DNA of 32,000 bases from Candidatus Omnitrophota bacterium (GTDB taxonomy: Bacteria > Omnitrophota > Gorgyraeia > 2-01-FULL-45-10): contig JAMWCX010000001.1 of assembly GCA_023818895.1 (NCBI GenBank), positions 299,789 through 331,788 on the forward strand. Reading direction: 5' to 3'. Below the pieces are notes generated by a model that saw only the letters and a program-made list of their open reading frames with translations, was not told the DNA's origin and searched no databases. The stretch's first letter is position 1; the number at the start of each line of letters is the position of its first letter. Shown here piece after piece: positions 7,923 to 18,110 of the stretch. The position numbers and the translations under genes were made by a program.

Positions 7923-9212
7923 TTATGTCTTCTCCGATTTATATACCTTTATCGCCTTCATAAGGTTTACAGCGGCATCAAGCTGATTATCCTTCTGTTC
8001 TTCCAATATAGCCTTTTGTTCCTGCGGCCTCTTCGAATCGATCTGCTCAACCTCCTCGAATATATCAACAACGTCTTTCTTCTTTGTTTCGGACCTATCT
8101 CGTTCAACCACCACGTCAGGCATTATGCCCTCATTTTTTATCAGCTTACCGGAGGGGGTAAGGTATGAGGCGGTGGTGAAGCGAAGCGCCGAGCCATCCT
8201 TCAGGGGTATGACAGTCTGTACGGATGCTTTGCCGAACGTCTTTGTGCCGATAACAATACCGCGCTTATTGTCTTTTATCGCGCCGGCGACTATCTCGGA
8301 TGCGCTGGCCGACCCCTCGTTCACGATTACAATCAGCGGATAATCGCCACGGTTAAACCTTCCGCTGGACTTAAAAATGGCGTTTTCCGACGGAACTCTT
8401 GCCTTTATCGATACTATGACCTTGTCTTTCGGAAGGAATCTTTCAGCTACATCAACAGCCCCTTCCAGAAGCCCTCCGGGATTATTCCTTAGGTCCAATA
8501 TAAGCGAATCCATGCCCTGGGATTCCAGCTTCCTAAGCGAAGCATCCAGGTCGCGGGTGGTGTTTTCCTGGAACTCGACCATCTTAATATAACCTATCTT
8601 GTCCTCTATGAAATCGGCTTTCTTGATGCTGGTGACCTTTACCAGCGCCCTTTTTATCGGCACGTCAAAAATATTCCGTTCCCCTTCGCGCCATATGGTC
8701 AATGTCACCATAGTGCCGGGTTTGCCCCGCATAAGCTTAACCGCCTCACTCAACGTCATCTTCTTGGTTATCTTTCCATCTATTTTGACAATCTTGTCAC
8801 CGGCTTTTATGCCGGCCGCCTCAGCGGGGGTGCCAGCTATTGGCGATACCACAGTAAGTATGCCGTCCCTTAGAGATATCTCGACCCCCACGCCTCCGAA
8901 TTCGCCCCTGGTCTCTACCTTTATCTCGTCATATTCATCCGGCTCCATGAACTGGCTGTAATCGTCAAGCGACGAAAGCATCCCTTTCAACGCGCCGTAT
9001 ATCAGTTTTTTTGAATCAACCTCATCAACATAATCGCTGCGCACTATGCTTATAGCGTCCGCCAAAAGTTCGACCTGCTGATATAGATTATCTTTCGACT
9101 TGGCCTTCTCTCTATCCTTGTCCGCCGCTGTCTTCTCAAACCCTCCCATTGCCACTGACGCGACAAGTATTATCGTAGTTATCGCAAGAGCACCCTTGAT
9201 ACACTTTTTCAT
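7923..9212 (-). CDS. ctpA: Carboxy-terminal processing protease (peptidase S41, CtpA/Prc type)
   Basis: It has a PDZ segment (GIKAGDKIVKIDG), the catalytic Ser motif NEGSASASEIVAGA and the Lys motif GTKTFGKASVQ. I prefer ATG at 9212 over the TTG at 9215 given in the ORF track. Confidence 0.9.
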   Translation of the reverse strand: MKKCIKGALAITTIILVASVAMGGFEKTAADKDREKAKSKDNLYQQVELLADAISIVRSDYVDEVDSKKLIYGALKGMLSSLDDYSQFMEPDEYDEIKVETRGEFGGVGVEISLRDGILTVVSPIAGTPAEAAGIKAGDKIVKIDGKITKKMTLSEAVKLMRGKPGTMVTLTIWREGERNIFDVPIKRALVKVTSIKKADFIEDKIGYIKMVEFQENTTRDLDASLRKLESQGMDSLILDLRNNPGGLLEGAVDVAERFLPKDKVIVSIKARVPSENAIFKSSGRFNRGDYPLIVIVNEGSASASEIVAGAIKDNKRGIVIGTKTFGKASVQTVIPLKDGSALRFTTASYLTPSGKLIKNEGIMPDVVVERDRSETKKKDVVDIFEEVEQIDSKRPQEQKAILEEQKDNQLDAAVNLMKAIKVYKSEKT

Positions 9213-9216
9213 CAAC

Positions 9217-10668
9217 TTAATCCCCCAATCGTCTTTTAAGGATCACGTTCACCAAAGCCGGATTGGCTGTCCCGTTGGTATCTTTCATTACCTGTCCAAT
9301 CAAGTATGTAAGGGCGTTTTTCTTCCCTTTCCTGTAATCGTCGACCGACTTTTCGTTTCTTGCTAAAACCGCATCCACCACCCTTTCAAGTGCCGCTGTG
9401 TCGCTTATCTGCGACAGACCTCTTCTTTCCACTATCTCAGCCGGCTTTATACCTTTTTTCATCGCCTCAATAAGAACTTCTTTAGCCATCTTGCCGCTTA
9501 TGGTTCCTTCGTCTATCATATTGAAAAGACCGACAAGGTCCGACGGAGAAAGACCTATTTGTTTTATGGTCAAATTTTCCGCGTTAAGATACGCGGTTAT
9601 GTCGCCCATCAGCCAGTTGGCGATGGTCTTCCTGTTTTGATATATCTTGGCGCACTCCTCAAAATAATCCGCCATCTCAAGTTGCCCTGTAATGACATTG
9701 GCGTCATATTCAGATAGTCCATACTCACTTGAGAATCTCTTCGCCTTGGCCTCGGGCAGCTCCGGCAACTCTCGCCTTATTTTTTCTATCACCGCCTTAT
9801 CGACCTGAAATGGGACAAGGTCAGGTTCAGGGAAATATCTGTAATCCATCGCTTCTTCTTTGGTGCGCATGGGTGTGGTTAAGGATTTTTCGGCGTCCCA
9901 GAGACGGGTTTCCTGCGTTATCTTTTCGCCCTCCTCAACCAAAGCGATCTGTCGCTTGGCCTCATATTCAAGTGCAAGTCTCACACCCTTAAAAGTATTC
10001 ATATTCTTAAGCTCTACCTTCGTGCCCAGTTTGTCGGTACCGGCAACCCTGATGGAAATATTCGCGTCACATCGCAAAGAACCTTTTTCCATATCGCAAT
10101 CCGAGACCTTCAGGTACTCCAGTATAGCCTTCAGTCGCGTCAGATAATCATACGCCTCCTGCGGAGAGTTTATATCAGGCTCTGTCACTATCTCAAGAAG
10201 CGGTATGCCGGCCCTGTTATAATCAACCAGGCTGTAATTTGCGCCTTCCGGATGGAGGAGTTTACCCGCATCCTCTTCCAAATGCACTCTCTTGATTCTT
10301 ATCTTCTTACGGCCCTTTTCCGGCCCTGAGGTTATATAAATAGCGCCATCATATGATAAGGGCATATCGTATTGGGAGATCTGAAAATTCTTCGGCAGAT
10401 CCGGATAGTAATAGTTCTTCCTATCGAATTTGATAAGGTCTTGTATTTTGCAGTTAAGCGCTAGCGCTACCTTCACAGCGGAATAAAACGCTTCTTCGTT
10501 CAGTACGGGAAGGCTTCCCGGGAAGCCGAGGCAAACGGGGCATGTCTGGCTGTTCGGCTTCTGGCCAAACAGTGTCGAGCATCCGCAGAACGCCTTAGTG
10601 TTGGCCTTCAGCTGAAGATGCACCTCCAGGCCTATCACGGTTTCGTATCTATTTTCGTCTTCACGCAT
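9217..10668 (-). CDS. gatB: Asp/Glu-tRNA amidotransferase subunit B
   Basis: It shows YETVIGLEVHLQL and full-length GatB similarity by eye. I prefer ATG at 10668 over the upstream TTG at 10683, but the start is uncertain. Confidence 0.95.
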   Translation of the reverse strand: MREDENRYETVIGLEVHLQLKANTKAFCGCSTLFGQKPNSQTCPVCLGFPGSLPVLNEEAFYSAVKVALALNCKIQDLIKFDRKNYYYPDLPKNFQISQYDMPLSYDGAIYITSGPEKGRKKIRIKRVHLEEDAGKLLHPEGANYSLVDYNRAGIPLLEIVTEPDINSPQEAYDYLTRLKAILEYLKVSDCDMEKGSLRCDANISIRVAGTDKLGTKVELKNMNTFKGVRLALEYEAKRQIALVEEGEKITQETRLWDAEKSLTTPMRTKEEAMDYRYFPEPDLVPFQVDKAVIEKIRRELPELPEAKAKRFSSEYGLSEYDANVITGQLEMADYFEECAKIYQNRKTIANWLMGDITAYLNAENLTIKQIGLSPSDLVGLFNMIDEGTISGKMAKEVLIEAMKKGIKPAEIVERRGLSQISDTAALERVVDAVLARNEKSVDDYRKGKKNALTYLIGQVMKDTNGTANPALVNVILKRRLGD

Positions 10669-10689
10669 AAAATGTCTTCTCAACGCCTC

Positions 10690-12123
10690 TCAGAGCATCG
10701 GCTTTCTCTTGTGCCAATCGGTGGCCTGCTCAAAAGTATATGCTACCCTGAAAATCGTCTCCTCATCAAATGGCTTTGCCATTATCTGAAGACCTATCGG
10801 AAGGCCCTCGGAGGAAAAACCGCACGGCACAGAAATCGCGGGCAACCCCGCCAGATTCGCTGGTATTGTATATACATCCGAAAGATACATAGAAAGCGGG
10901 TCGCCAGTCTTTTCGCCTATCTTGAACGCCGGTGTCGGCGATGTCGGCGTAATTATGCAATCGCAAGACCTGAAAGCCTCGTCAAAATCCTCTTTTATCT
11001 TCGTCCTTACCTTCAGGGCTTTAAGATAATACGCGTCATAATATCCAGAGGACAGGCAATAAGTTCCCAATAGTATCCTGCGCTTCGCTTCAGCGCCGAA
11101 TCCCTTTGATCGTGTCCGAACATACATGTCTATAATATTGTCGGCGTCCTTGTCGCGGTATCCGTACTGTACGCCATCAAATCTGGCAAGATTAGAGCTT
11201 GCCTCCGCTGGTCCGATTATATAATAGGTGCTTACGGCATACTCCGTATGCGGAAGGTGTATTTCTGAAACTTTAGCGCCTAGCTCTTTTAGAACTTCTA
11301 TGCCCCGCCTTACCGCCTCTTCAACCTCCGGATCTATGCCTTTGACAAAGTACTCGCGAGGAACGCCTATGCGTAAACCCTTCACATCTTTCTGAAGCGA
11401 TCTCGTATAATCCGGCACAGGCACATCAACTGAGGTCGAATCCATCTCGTCATATCCGGCAATCACCCCCAGAAGAAGGGCGGCGTCTTCAACATCCTTA
11501 GTGATTGGGCCGATCTGATCGAGACTGGACGCAAACGCTATCAGTCCATATCGAGAAACGCGGCCATAAGTTGGCTTTAGACCCACCACCCCGCAGAGCG
11601 CGGCCGGTTGCCGTATTGAGCCGCCGGTGTCTGAACCAAGGGCCATAATTGTTTCGTCGGCCGCCACAGCGGCCGCAGAACCGCCGCTCGAACCACCAGG
11701 TATCCTTTCGAGATCCCATGGGTTCCTGGTAGGACCATAGCATGAAGTCTCGCAAGACGACCCAAACGCGAACTCATCCATATTGGCCTTCCCTATAAGA
11801 AGTGCCCCTTCGTCTTTGAGTTTCTTCACGACAGTGGCATCGTACGGCGGCCTGAAACCTTCCAATATCCTTGAGGAGCAAGTCGTCTCTTCGCCTTTAA
11901 CGCAGATATTATCTTTCACAAGAACTGGTATGCCAGCCAGCCTGCCCGTTTTGGGAGCAATATCGCTTTGTTGCCTGTTTACCTTTACAACCGCGTTTAC
12001 CTTAGTATCAACCCTATCTATACGCGCGAATACTGAATCCAGTATCGAAGAACTGGCAACCTCCCCCCTCTCTATCCTTCGGAGCAGGTCGTGTCCTGTC
12101 AAAGAAAAAAGCTCTGCCATCAT
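10690..12123 (-). CDS. gatA: Glu-tRNA(Gln) amidotransferase subunit A
   Basis: 477 aa with the amidase signature [12 protein letters not shown]. It has an ATGA overlap with gatC. Confidence 0.95.
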   Translation of the reverse strand: MMAELFSLTGHDLLRRIERGEVASSSILDSVFARIDRVDTKVNAVVKVNRQQSDIAPKTGRLAGIPVLVKDNICVKGEETTCSSRILEGFRPPYDATVVKKLKDEGALLIGKANMDEFAFGSSCETSCYGPTRNPWDLERIPGGSSGGSAAAVAADETIMALGSDTGGSIRQPAALCGVVGLKPTYGRVSRYGLIAFASSLDQIGPITKDVEDAALLLGVIAGYDEMDSTSVDVPVPDYTRSLQKDVKGLRIGVPREYFVKGIDPEVEEAVRRGIEVLKELGAKVSEIHLPHTEYAVSTYYIIGPAEASSNLARFDGVQYGYRDKDADNIIDMYVRTRSKGFGAEAKRRILLGTYCLSSGYYDAYYLKALKVRTKIKEDFDEAFRSCDCIITPTSPTPAFKIGEKTGDPLSMYLSDVYTIPANLAGLPAISVPCGFSSEGLPIGLQIMAKPFDEETIFRVAYTFEQATDWHKRKPML

Positions 12124-12419
12124 TTACCCTCGATCACTTGAGGCACTTTAAAAAAATTATCGTATCTGGCGGGAGCGTTACTGAGGACATCTTTTATATC
12201 AAGAGACTGTCTCAGCACATCTTTTCGGAAAACATTTTTGAGATTGGAGGCGGCGTGACTTGTCGGTGGGACATTCGTTGTGTCTATTTCATTTAATTTT
12301 GATATATATCCAATAATAGACGCTAATTGCGAGCTATAAAGCTCGAGCTCCCTATCATTAAGCTCAAGCCTTGAGAGCAAAGCAACGTGTTTGACAATCC
12401 TTTTATCTATTAAAGGCAT
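12120..12419 (-). CDS. gatC: Asp/Glu-tRNA amidotransferase subunit C
   Basis: 99 aa. Its position directly upstream of gatA and the sequence [18 protein letters not shown] are typical of GatC. Confidence 0.9.
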   Translation of the reverse strand: MPLIDKRIVKHVALLSRLELNDRELELYSSQLASIIGYISKLNEIDTTNVPPTSHAASNLKNVFRKDVLRQSLDIKDVLSNAPARYDNFFKVPQVIEGK

Positions 12420-12440
12420 TATAAGTCCTTGTTTTGATAA

Positions 12441-12469
12441 AGGTTACCACAAGATTCGACTTTTGTCAA
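12441..12469 (-). promoter_or_regulatory. Candidate sigma70-type promoter for gatCAB
   Basis: The minus strand reads TTGACA, a 17-nt spacer, then TGG-TAACCT (a TG-extended but weak -10). It lies about 20 nt upstream of the gatC SD (AAGGA). Confidence 0.3.
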
Positions 12470-12488
12470 ACCCACCTTTTTAATTATT

Positions 12489-13340
12489 TTAACAGCGGGC
12501 AGATATGGAATTGGCGATTTTGGCAAAATCGGCCAGAGAGATAGTTTCTGGGCGTTGGGCAGGATCTATTTTTATCCTATCCAGCAAAGCCGCCAGATCG
12601 CCCTTGGGTAGGTTCAAAGCCCCTTCGCGTGAAAGTGAATTTATTATGGATTTGCGCCTCTGGTTGAATGAGCTCCTTATGATTCTAAAGAGCATATCCT
12701 CATCTTTAACGGCAACTGACGGCCTGGCCAGCATATCAAGCCGGACGAGACTTGAATCAACTTCAGGTTCCGGATAGAACGATGTCCTCTTTACCGTATA
12801 GAGATATTCGCCGCGGGTATAATACTGAACGAAGCAGGTTAAAGCGCTGTACTCTTTTGAACCCGGGGAAGCAAGCAAACGGTTGGCGACCTCACGCTGT
12901 ACCGTAATCAGCGCAAATTCAATACGCGCCCTGCTTTTAATAAGAAACTCTATTATAGGCGTCGTAATATAATATGGCAGATTCCCTATCACCTTGATTT
13001 TCCTCGGTGTATTTATGCTGCCTATGTCAAATTTCAGAATATCCCCGCAAACAAGCCGAAGGTTGGTCAGTTTTTTTTCGGCTACCATCCGCCGAAGAAT
13101 TGAAAAAGCCTTTTTATCTTTTTCTACCCCTATGACGCTGGCGCCTGTTTCTGCGATATCTATGGTAAGGGCGCCGAGGCCCGGCCCTATTTCAAGAACC
13201 GTGTCTGCCTCCTTTAGTGAAGCGTAACTAATTATTTTGTCCTTGATATTTGAATCGATAAGATAATTCTCGCCGAGCTTCTTGAGAGGGCGGAAATCAT
13301 AACGGCGGAACATCTCTTTAAGCTCGCTTATGGTAAGCAT
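12489..13340 (-). CDS. rsmA: 16S rRNA (adenine1518/1519-N6)-dimethyltransferase
   Basis: 283 aa. It has the SAM motif VLEIGPGLGALT and the NLPYYITTPII motif. Confidence 0.95.
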   Translation of the reverse strand: MLTISELKEMFRRYDFRPLKKLGENYLIDSNIKDKIISYASLKEADTVLEIGPGLGALTIDIAETGASVIGVEKDKKAFSILRRMVAEKKLTNLRLVCGDILKFDIGSINTPRKIKVIGNLPYYITTPIIEFLIKSRARIEFALITVQREVANRLLASPGSKEYSALTCFVQYYTRGEYLYTVKRTSFYPEPEVDSSLVRLDMLARPSVAVKDEDMLFRIIRSSFNQRRKSIINSLSREGALNLPKGDLAALLDRIKIDPAQRPETISLADFAKIANSISARC

Positions 13341-13343
13341 GTT

Positions 13344-14291
13344 TTAACCCTTGCGACTTAGGCGGCAGGCAAGCTTGATGGCTTCTACCATAGACGAAGG
13401 ATCGGCTGTAAATTTACCCGCGATGTCAAAAGCGGTGCCATGATCGGGGGATGTCCGGATGAAAGGAAGACCAATGGTAAGATTGACGCCTCTGTCAAAA
13501 TAGAGAAGCTTAAAAGGTATGAGCGCCTGGTCATGATACATTGCTACAACGGCGTCGAACCTGCCTTCAAAAGCGTCATGAAATATAATATCGGGCGGGA
13601 GCGGACCAATTACATATCTTATCTTTTTTTGGGCCAACTCAACGGCCGGCGCTATCACTGACTTCTCTTCGTTCCCGAAAGCGCCACTTTCACCCGCATG
13701 CGGATTAAGGCCCGCGACCCCTATACGAGGATGGCGCACCCCAAAATATTCTCTTAGATATTTGTCCGTCAGTTCGATGGCGCTTCTTATAGATGCCGAG
13801 GTAAGTTTGCGCGATACATCCTTAAGGGCAATATGGCGAGTCACAAGAGTTACTTTAAGCGCCTTGCCGACGAACATCATAGCGAACTTCACTGATCCGG
13901 TATTACTGGCGAGATATTCGGTATGCCCCAGGAAACCTCTAACGCCCGCCAGGTGTATCGAGGATTTGTTAACTGGCGCTGTTACCAAGGCATCGGCCTT
14001 GCCGGATTTAAGTAGGCGGATCGCCTCGTCAAGATATTCTACAGAGGCCCTTCCGAACGAGGCGCTTACCTTTCCGTACGAAAAATGGCGTCGAGGGACA
14101 TTGCGAAGATCTCTTAGTTCGGCTCTCAGTTTGAGGGATGTCTTTCGGCAGACATTATCGATTACAAATCCGTCACCTATAACCAAGAAATCGGCAAGTC
14201 CAGCAACTTTAGGACTTGCCAGAGATTTAAGCGTAACTTCAGGCCCTACGCCGGAAGGGTCGCCTATGGTCACCAAAACCCTTGGTTTCAC
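13344..14291 (-). CDS. pdxA: 4-hydroxythreonine-4-phosphate dehydrogenase
   Basis: 315 aa. Motifs are TIGDPSGVGPE, GHTEYL and SPDHGTAFDIAGK. It has a GTG start. Confidence 0.9.
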   Translation of the reverse strand: MKPRVLVTIGDPSGVGPEVTLKSLASPKVAGLADFLVIGDGFVIDNVCRKTSLKLRAELRDLRNVPRRHFSYGKVSASFGRASVEYLDEAIRLLKSGKADALVTAPVNKSSIHLAGVRGFLGHTEYLASNTGSVKFAMMFVGKALKVTLVTRHIALKDVSRKLTSASIRSAIELTDKYLREYFGVRHPRIGVAGLNPHAGESGAFGNEEKSVIAPAVELAQKKIRYVIGPLPPDIIFHDAFEGRFDAVVAMYHDQALIPFKLLYFDRGVNLTIGLPFIRTSPDHGTAFDIAGKFTADPSSMVEAIKLACRLSRKG

Positions 14292-14311
14292 GCCGTAAGA
14301 CCTTTCTTTGA

Positions 14312-15268
14312 TTATTTGAACGCGATATAGGCGGATCTCTTAAGGCCCTCTACCCAACCCTTCATCTTTTCTTTGGCCCTCTCGAGAAATATCGCGTCTT
14401 CTATCATCTTTCTGGCCTCAGCGAGGCTAAGCGTCTTTTGCTCGTGTTTTTCCTCCACCTTGAAAAAATGGTATCCGATACTGGAGCGTATCACCCCAGA
14501 AATTTCCCCCTGCTTGAGGCTAAATACCACATCTTCTAGGTCCGGCATTAGATCGCCTCTTCTTACAAATCCCATCAATCCGCCATCCGAAGCCCCTGGC
14601 CCTTGAGAATATAGCTTTGCGAGTTCCGCGAAGTCGCCCCCTTCTTTTAGACGGGTATCTATCTCTTTCACGCGCTCAAGCACCTTCTGCTCGTCCGTAT
14701 CGGGGCCTGTTTTTATCAATATGTTGCGCACTTTCACTTCTTCCGGCTGGGTGAACTCGCTGGCATGCTTCTCATAGTAGCTACTCACATCGCCAGGAGT
14801 TATTATGATAGTCGCGCCAACCTTGGCATCGACAAGCTTTCGGGACATGATCTGTTCTTTAAAACGCTCTCTCAACTCTTTAAGTGTCATGTGCTGTTCC
14901 GCCAGAGCTTGCTCAAACATCTGCGGCGACGCAAAACGCTTCTGGACTTCCTCTATTTTGGCGTCTATCTCTTTTTCAGTTACCTCTATCTTCATCTTCT
15001 TTGCCTCACCGAGGATAAGCTTGTCGTTTATAAGCTGAGCTATGATGGCCTGTCGCGCATCATCCAGCTTCTTGACCAGCTTATCTGCCGGGTAGAGGCT
15101 CTTGTACTGATGATATAGCGGCGCGAGCATCCTGTCTATCTCGCTCTGCGTTATAACCTCATTATTTACCACCACCACTATCCGATCCACAACCTCGCCG
15201 GCTGCGCGCATCACAAATGTGAGCGCAATTATTACCACGATGCTCAAATACAATATTCTTCTTTTCAT
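14312..15268 (-). CDS. surA: SurA-like periplasmic chaperone with one parvulin PPIase domain
   Basis: 318 aa. It has a signal-like N-terminus, a SurA_N-like helical region and a parvulin segment (VRNILIK...GGLMGFVRRGDLMPDLEDVVFSLKQGEISGVIRSSIGYHFFKV). The symbol is by analogy only. Confidence 0.75.
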   Translation of the reverse strand: MKRRILYLSIVVIIALTFVMRAAGEVVDRIVVVVNNEVITQSEIDRMLAPLYHQYKSLYPADKLVKKLDDARQAIIAQLINDKLILGEAKKMKIEVTEKEIDAKIEEVQKRFASPQMFEQALAEQHMTLKELRERFKEQIMSRKLVDAKVGATIIITPGDVSSYYEKHASEFTQPEEVKVRNILIKTGPDTDEQKVLERVKEIDTRLKEGGDFAELAKLYSQGPGASDGGLMGFVRRGDLMPDLEDVVFSLKQGEISGVIRSSIGYHFFKVEEKHEQKTLSLAEARKMIEDAIFLERAKEKMKGWVEGLKRSAYIAFK

Positions 15269-16149
15269 AACTGCTTGCCTGAGGCGTCTTCAGCAGAGGT
15301 TTGCGACTCAAGCGATTTCAAAACCTCTTCCTGTATCTCCACCCCATATTTTTTCTTAAGTCTATCCACCAACTGGTCGAAAAGAGCCCGCCGACTCGCC
15401 TTCTTGAGCTCGAGCTCTATGGCCTGGCGGGCGCTCTCATACGTTTCTAAGCCGCCGCTTTTCTTGTCGGTCAATTTTACTATATGATAGCCGAACTGCG
15501 TATGTATGACATCGCTTATCTCTCCGACATTGAGCTTTAGGCATGCCTTCTCAAAATCGGGGATCAGCTGGCCGGTCTTGAAATAACCAATATCTCCGCC
15601 CCGCGATGCGGTCGCATCCATCGACTTCTGGCGGGCAAGGTCTTCAAACTTTGCGCCTTTGGAAAGTTCCTCGAGGATGCTCTTGGCTTCCGCCTCAGAG
15701 CTAACAAGTATATGAGAGGCGCGCCACATTTCAGGGGATCTGAAATCTTCCTTGTGCAGCTCATAGAATTTCTTCATATCCTCCTCGGATACGGAAGCCT
15801 TATCATCGACTTGTGTCTTTATAAATTTGGCTATAATTATCTTCTTCTTCGCCTCTTCGATAATCTCGAGCACTTCCTTATCCTTATTAATCCCTTCCCT
15901 AAGGGCCTCTTCATAGAATAACCGTTCGGCGATCATCTCATCGAGGTATCTGCGCTTGTTCTTATCCACCACGCTCTGGTAATAAGACGGCATCCTGTCC
16001 ACCCTGGCCCGGAAGTCGCTTACGGTTATATAATGATTGCCGGCCCGCGCAAGTATCCTGCCATCTGGCGCGCTTTTTTTGGAGCATCCAAAAAAGAATT
16101 GCGCGCAAAGAAGCAAGAAGATAAAAAGAATGATATATTTTCTGCTCAT
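15265..16149 (-). CDS. PrsA-like lipoprotein parvulin PPIase
   Basis: 294 aa. It has a lipobox-like LLCAQFFFGC and a parvulin segment (ASHILV...GGDIGYFKTGQLIPDFEKACLKLNVGEISDVIHTQFGYHIVKL). It has an ATGA overlap with the downstream gene. Confidence 0.8.
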   Translation of the reverse strand: MSRKYIILFIFLLLCAQFFFGCSKKSAPDGRILARAGNHYITVSDFRARVDRMPSYYQSVVDKNKRRYLDEMIAERLFYEEALREGINKDKEVLEIIEEAKKKIIIAKFIKTQVDDKASVSEEDMKKFYELHKEDFRSPEMWRASHILVSSEAEAKSILEELSKGAKFEDLARQKSMDATASRGGDIGYFKTGQLIPDFEKACLKLNVGEISDVIHTQFGYHIVKLTDKKSGGLETYESARQAIELELKKASRRALFDQLVDRLKKKYGVEIQEEVLKSLESQTSAEDASGKQL

Positions 16150-16192
16150 ATGGTTAATATATTATCACATAAGGTGAGCTACTTCAAGATAG

Positions 16193-18109
16193 TTATTTGC
16201 CCGCCGCCAGACGACTTTGACTTTGTCGATAAGAATCTATAGCGGCTTTGAGAAGCCGACAGTACATGTCAAAACCGACGGCGTTTATATAACCGTGCTG
16301 TTCTACTCCCAACAAGTTGCCGGCCCCTCTTATCTGGAGGTCCTCCATCGCGAGCTTGAACCCGCTTCCGAGCTCTTGAAACTTTTTTATGGCCGCCAAC
16401 CTTTTTTGAGACTCGGAGGTCAGTACGAAGTTTTTGGGCACCAATAGATACGCAAACGCCGCTCTGCTAAAACGTCCCACCCTGCCACGTAGTTGATACA
16501 GCTCGGAAAGACCGAAAGTGTCAGCCCTGTTTATTATTATAGTATTGGCGTTGGGTATATCAATCCCCGACTCTATTATAGTCGTCGAAACCAGGCAATC
16601 TATCTGGCCGTGTATAAATTTTATCATCGTGTCCTCAAGCATCCTCTCAGACATCCTGCCGTGCGCGACCACAACGCTTACTCCCGGCACCAGCGACGAT
16701 ATCCTCCTGGCGATCTTTTCGATCCCCTCGATCCTGTTGTGCACAAAAAACACCTGACCGCCCCGTGATTTTTCCCTGAGTATCGCTTCTTTTATAAGAG
16801 CCTCGTCATAATAAGCTACCTTTGTTTCCACCGGAAGCCTCTCCGAAGGAGGAGTATTAATTATCGATATATCACGGCCGCCCATAAGGGCAAGGTAAAG
16901 AGTGCGCGGTATAGGGGTCGCGGTGAGAGTCAACACGTCCGTCGAAACACGGATCTTCCTTAGGTGCTCCTTGTGCCGCACGCCAAAACGCTGCTCCTCG
17001 TCTATTATGACAAGGCCCAGGTCTTTAAATTTTATGTCGTCCGAAAGAAGTCTATGTGTTCCGATTATGATATCGATCCTGCCCGAGGCGAGGTCCTTTA
17101 TTATTTTCGCCTGTTCTTCCGCTGTCCTGAAACGGGAAAGCATTTCCACCGCCACGGGAAAATTTTTCATCCGCAGCGAAAAAGTATTGAAGTGTTGTTC
17201 TGCGAGAATGGTCGTTGGAACAAGGATGGCCACCTGTTTATTGTCCATCACAGCCTTGAAGGCCGCCCTGAGCGCCACCTCCGTCTTGCCGTAACCAACG
17301 TCTCCGCACAGCAGTCTGTCCATAGGAATGGGCCGTTCCATGTCCTTTTTTACCTCCTGAGTCGTACGAACCTGATCAGGGGTCTCCTTATACGGAAACT
17401 CCTCCTCAAGTTTTTTCTGCCATTCCGTGTCGGCGGAAAATTTGAATCCCTCGGCGGTGGCGCGCTTCGCCTGAAGATCCAGAAGCTCGACAGCCACCTT
17501 GTAAACTCCCTTTCCGGCCCTCTCCTTTGCCGCCTTCCATATTCTAGAACCAAGCTTGTGCAGCTTCGGCGGTCTCTTCTCAAAACCGAGATACTTCTGC
17601 ACCTTGTCCAGGTCGACGAATGGAACATAAAGCTTTTCACCACCGGCATACTCAATCACCAGATGCTCGATGTAACTCTTATCTATCTTAAGCTTCTCCA
17701 CGCCCTGATATTTGCCGATACCGTGGTCTGTATGAACAACGTAATCACCGGGCGATATATCGACAAAATTGTCAATAGGAGAGGCTTCTCCAATCAGCGC
17801 TTCCTTGCGCCGGATCCTTCTTCGCGAGATACCTTTTATCGGTATTATTATCGCTACATTATGTTCCTGAACGCAATCATAGGTGATGGGATCGAGACTC
17901 TGTATCCGTGTTACTCTGTCATGAAGCGTCTCGATCCGAAGAGGGTATTCGAATGTGGCGGGATATATCGTTATCGTGTCGCCGAGCCGGGAGAAGTCGC
18001 CTTCCTCGGCGACCCTCTTAACGACGCGGTAGCCATACTCGACGAGTTTAGAGGCAAGGTTCTCTACGTCTAGCTCTTCGTTAACGTATATTTTTATGGA
18101 CTCGAACAC
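16193..18109 (-). CDS. mfd: Transcription-repair coupling factor, unusually short form (UvrB-interaction domain, RID and translocase only)
   Basis: 638 aa.
- N-terminus: UvrB/Mfd D2-type sequence (GDFSRLGDTITIYPATFEYPLRIETLHDRVTRIQSLD).
- CarD/RID: GDYVVHTDHGIGKYQGVEKL...KLYVPFVDLDKVQKY.
- Walker A: GDVGYGKTEVA.
- Other helicase motifs: IIDEEQRFG and motif VI QLRGRVGR.
- TRG-like: GSGFKLAMEDLQIRGAGNLLGVEQHG.
The GTG start lies 1 nt after the argS stop. Confidence 0.85.
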   Translation of the reverse strand: MFESIKIYVNEELDVENLASKLVEYGYRVVKRVAEEGDFSRLGDTITIYPATFEYPLRIETLHDRVTRIQSLDPITYDCVQEHNVAIIIPIKGISRRRIRRKEALIGEASPIDNFVDISPGDYVVHTDHGIGKYQGVEKLKIDKSYIEHLVIEYAGGEKLYVPFVDLDKVQKYLGFEKRPPKLHKLGSRIWKAAKERAGKGVYKVAVELLDLQAKRATAEGFKFSADTEWQKKLEEEFPYKETPDQVRTTQEVKKDMERPIPMDRLLCGDVGYGKTEVALRAAFKAVMDNKQVAILVPTTILAEQHFNTFSLRMKNFPVAVEMLSRFRTAEEQAKIIKDLASGRIDIIIGTHRLLSDDIKFKDLGLVIIDEEQRFGVRHKEHLRKIRVSTDVLTLTATPIPRTLYLALMGGRDISIINTPPSERLPVETKVAYYDEALIKEAILREKSRGGQVFFVHNRIEGIEKIARRISSLVPGVSVVVAHGRMSERMLEDTMIKFIHGQIDCLVSTTIIESGIDIPNANTIIINRADTFGLSELYQLRGRVGRFSRAAFAYLLVPKNFVLTSESQKRLAAIKKFQELGSGFKLAMEDLQIRGAGNLLGVEQHGYINAVGFDMYCRLLKAAIDSYRQSQSRLAAGK

Positions 18110-18110
18110 G

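Noticed and set aside
16964-18073. 369-aa plus-strand ORF antisense to mfd, the longest antisense ORF in the window
   Set aside because: Its codons are exactly in register with the mfd codons on the opposite strand. It therefore stays open simply because mfd rarely uses TTA, CTA or TCA. The translation is Leu/Arg/Phe-rich with no recognisable motif or SD, and mfd itself carries strong conserved motifs.
16193-18109. Short mfd as a pseudogene or fragment
   Set aside because: The ORF is intact from a start codon abutting argS to a stop 43 nt before the next gene. All helicase motifs are preserved, and there is no adjacent orphan fragment or frameshifted remnant of the D1 or D7 regions.
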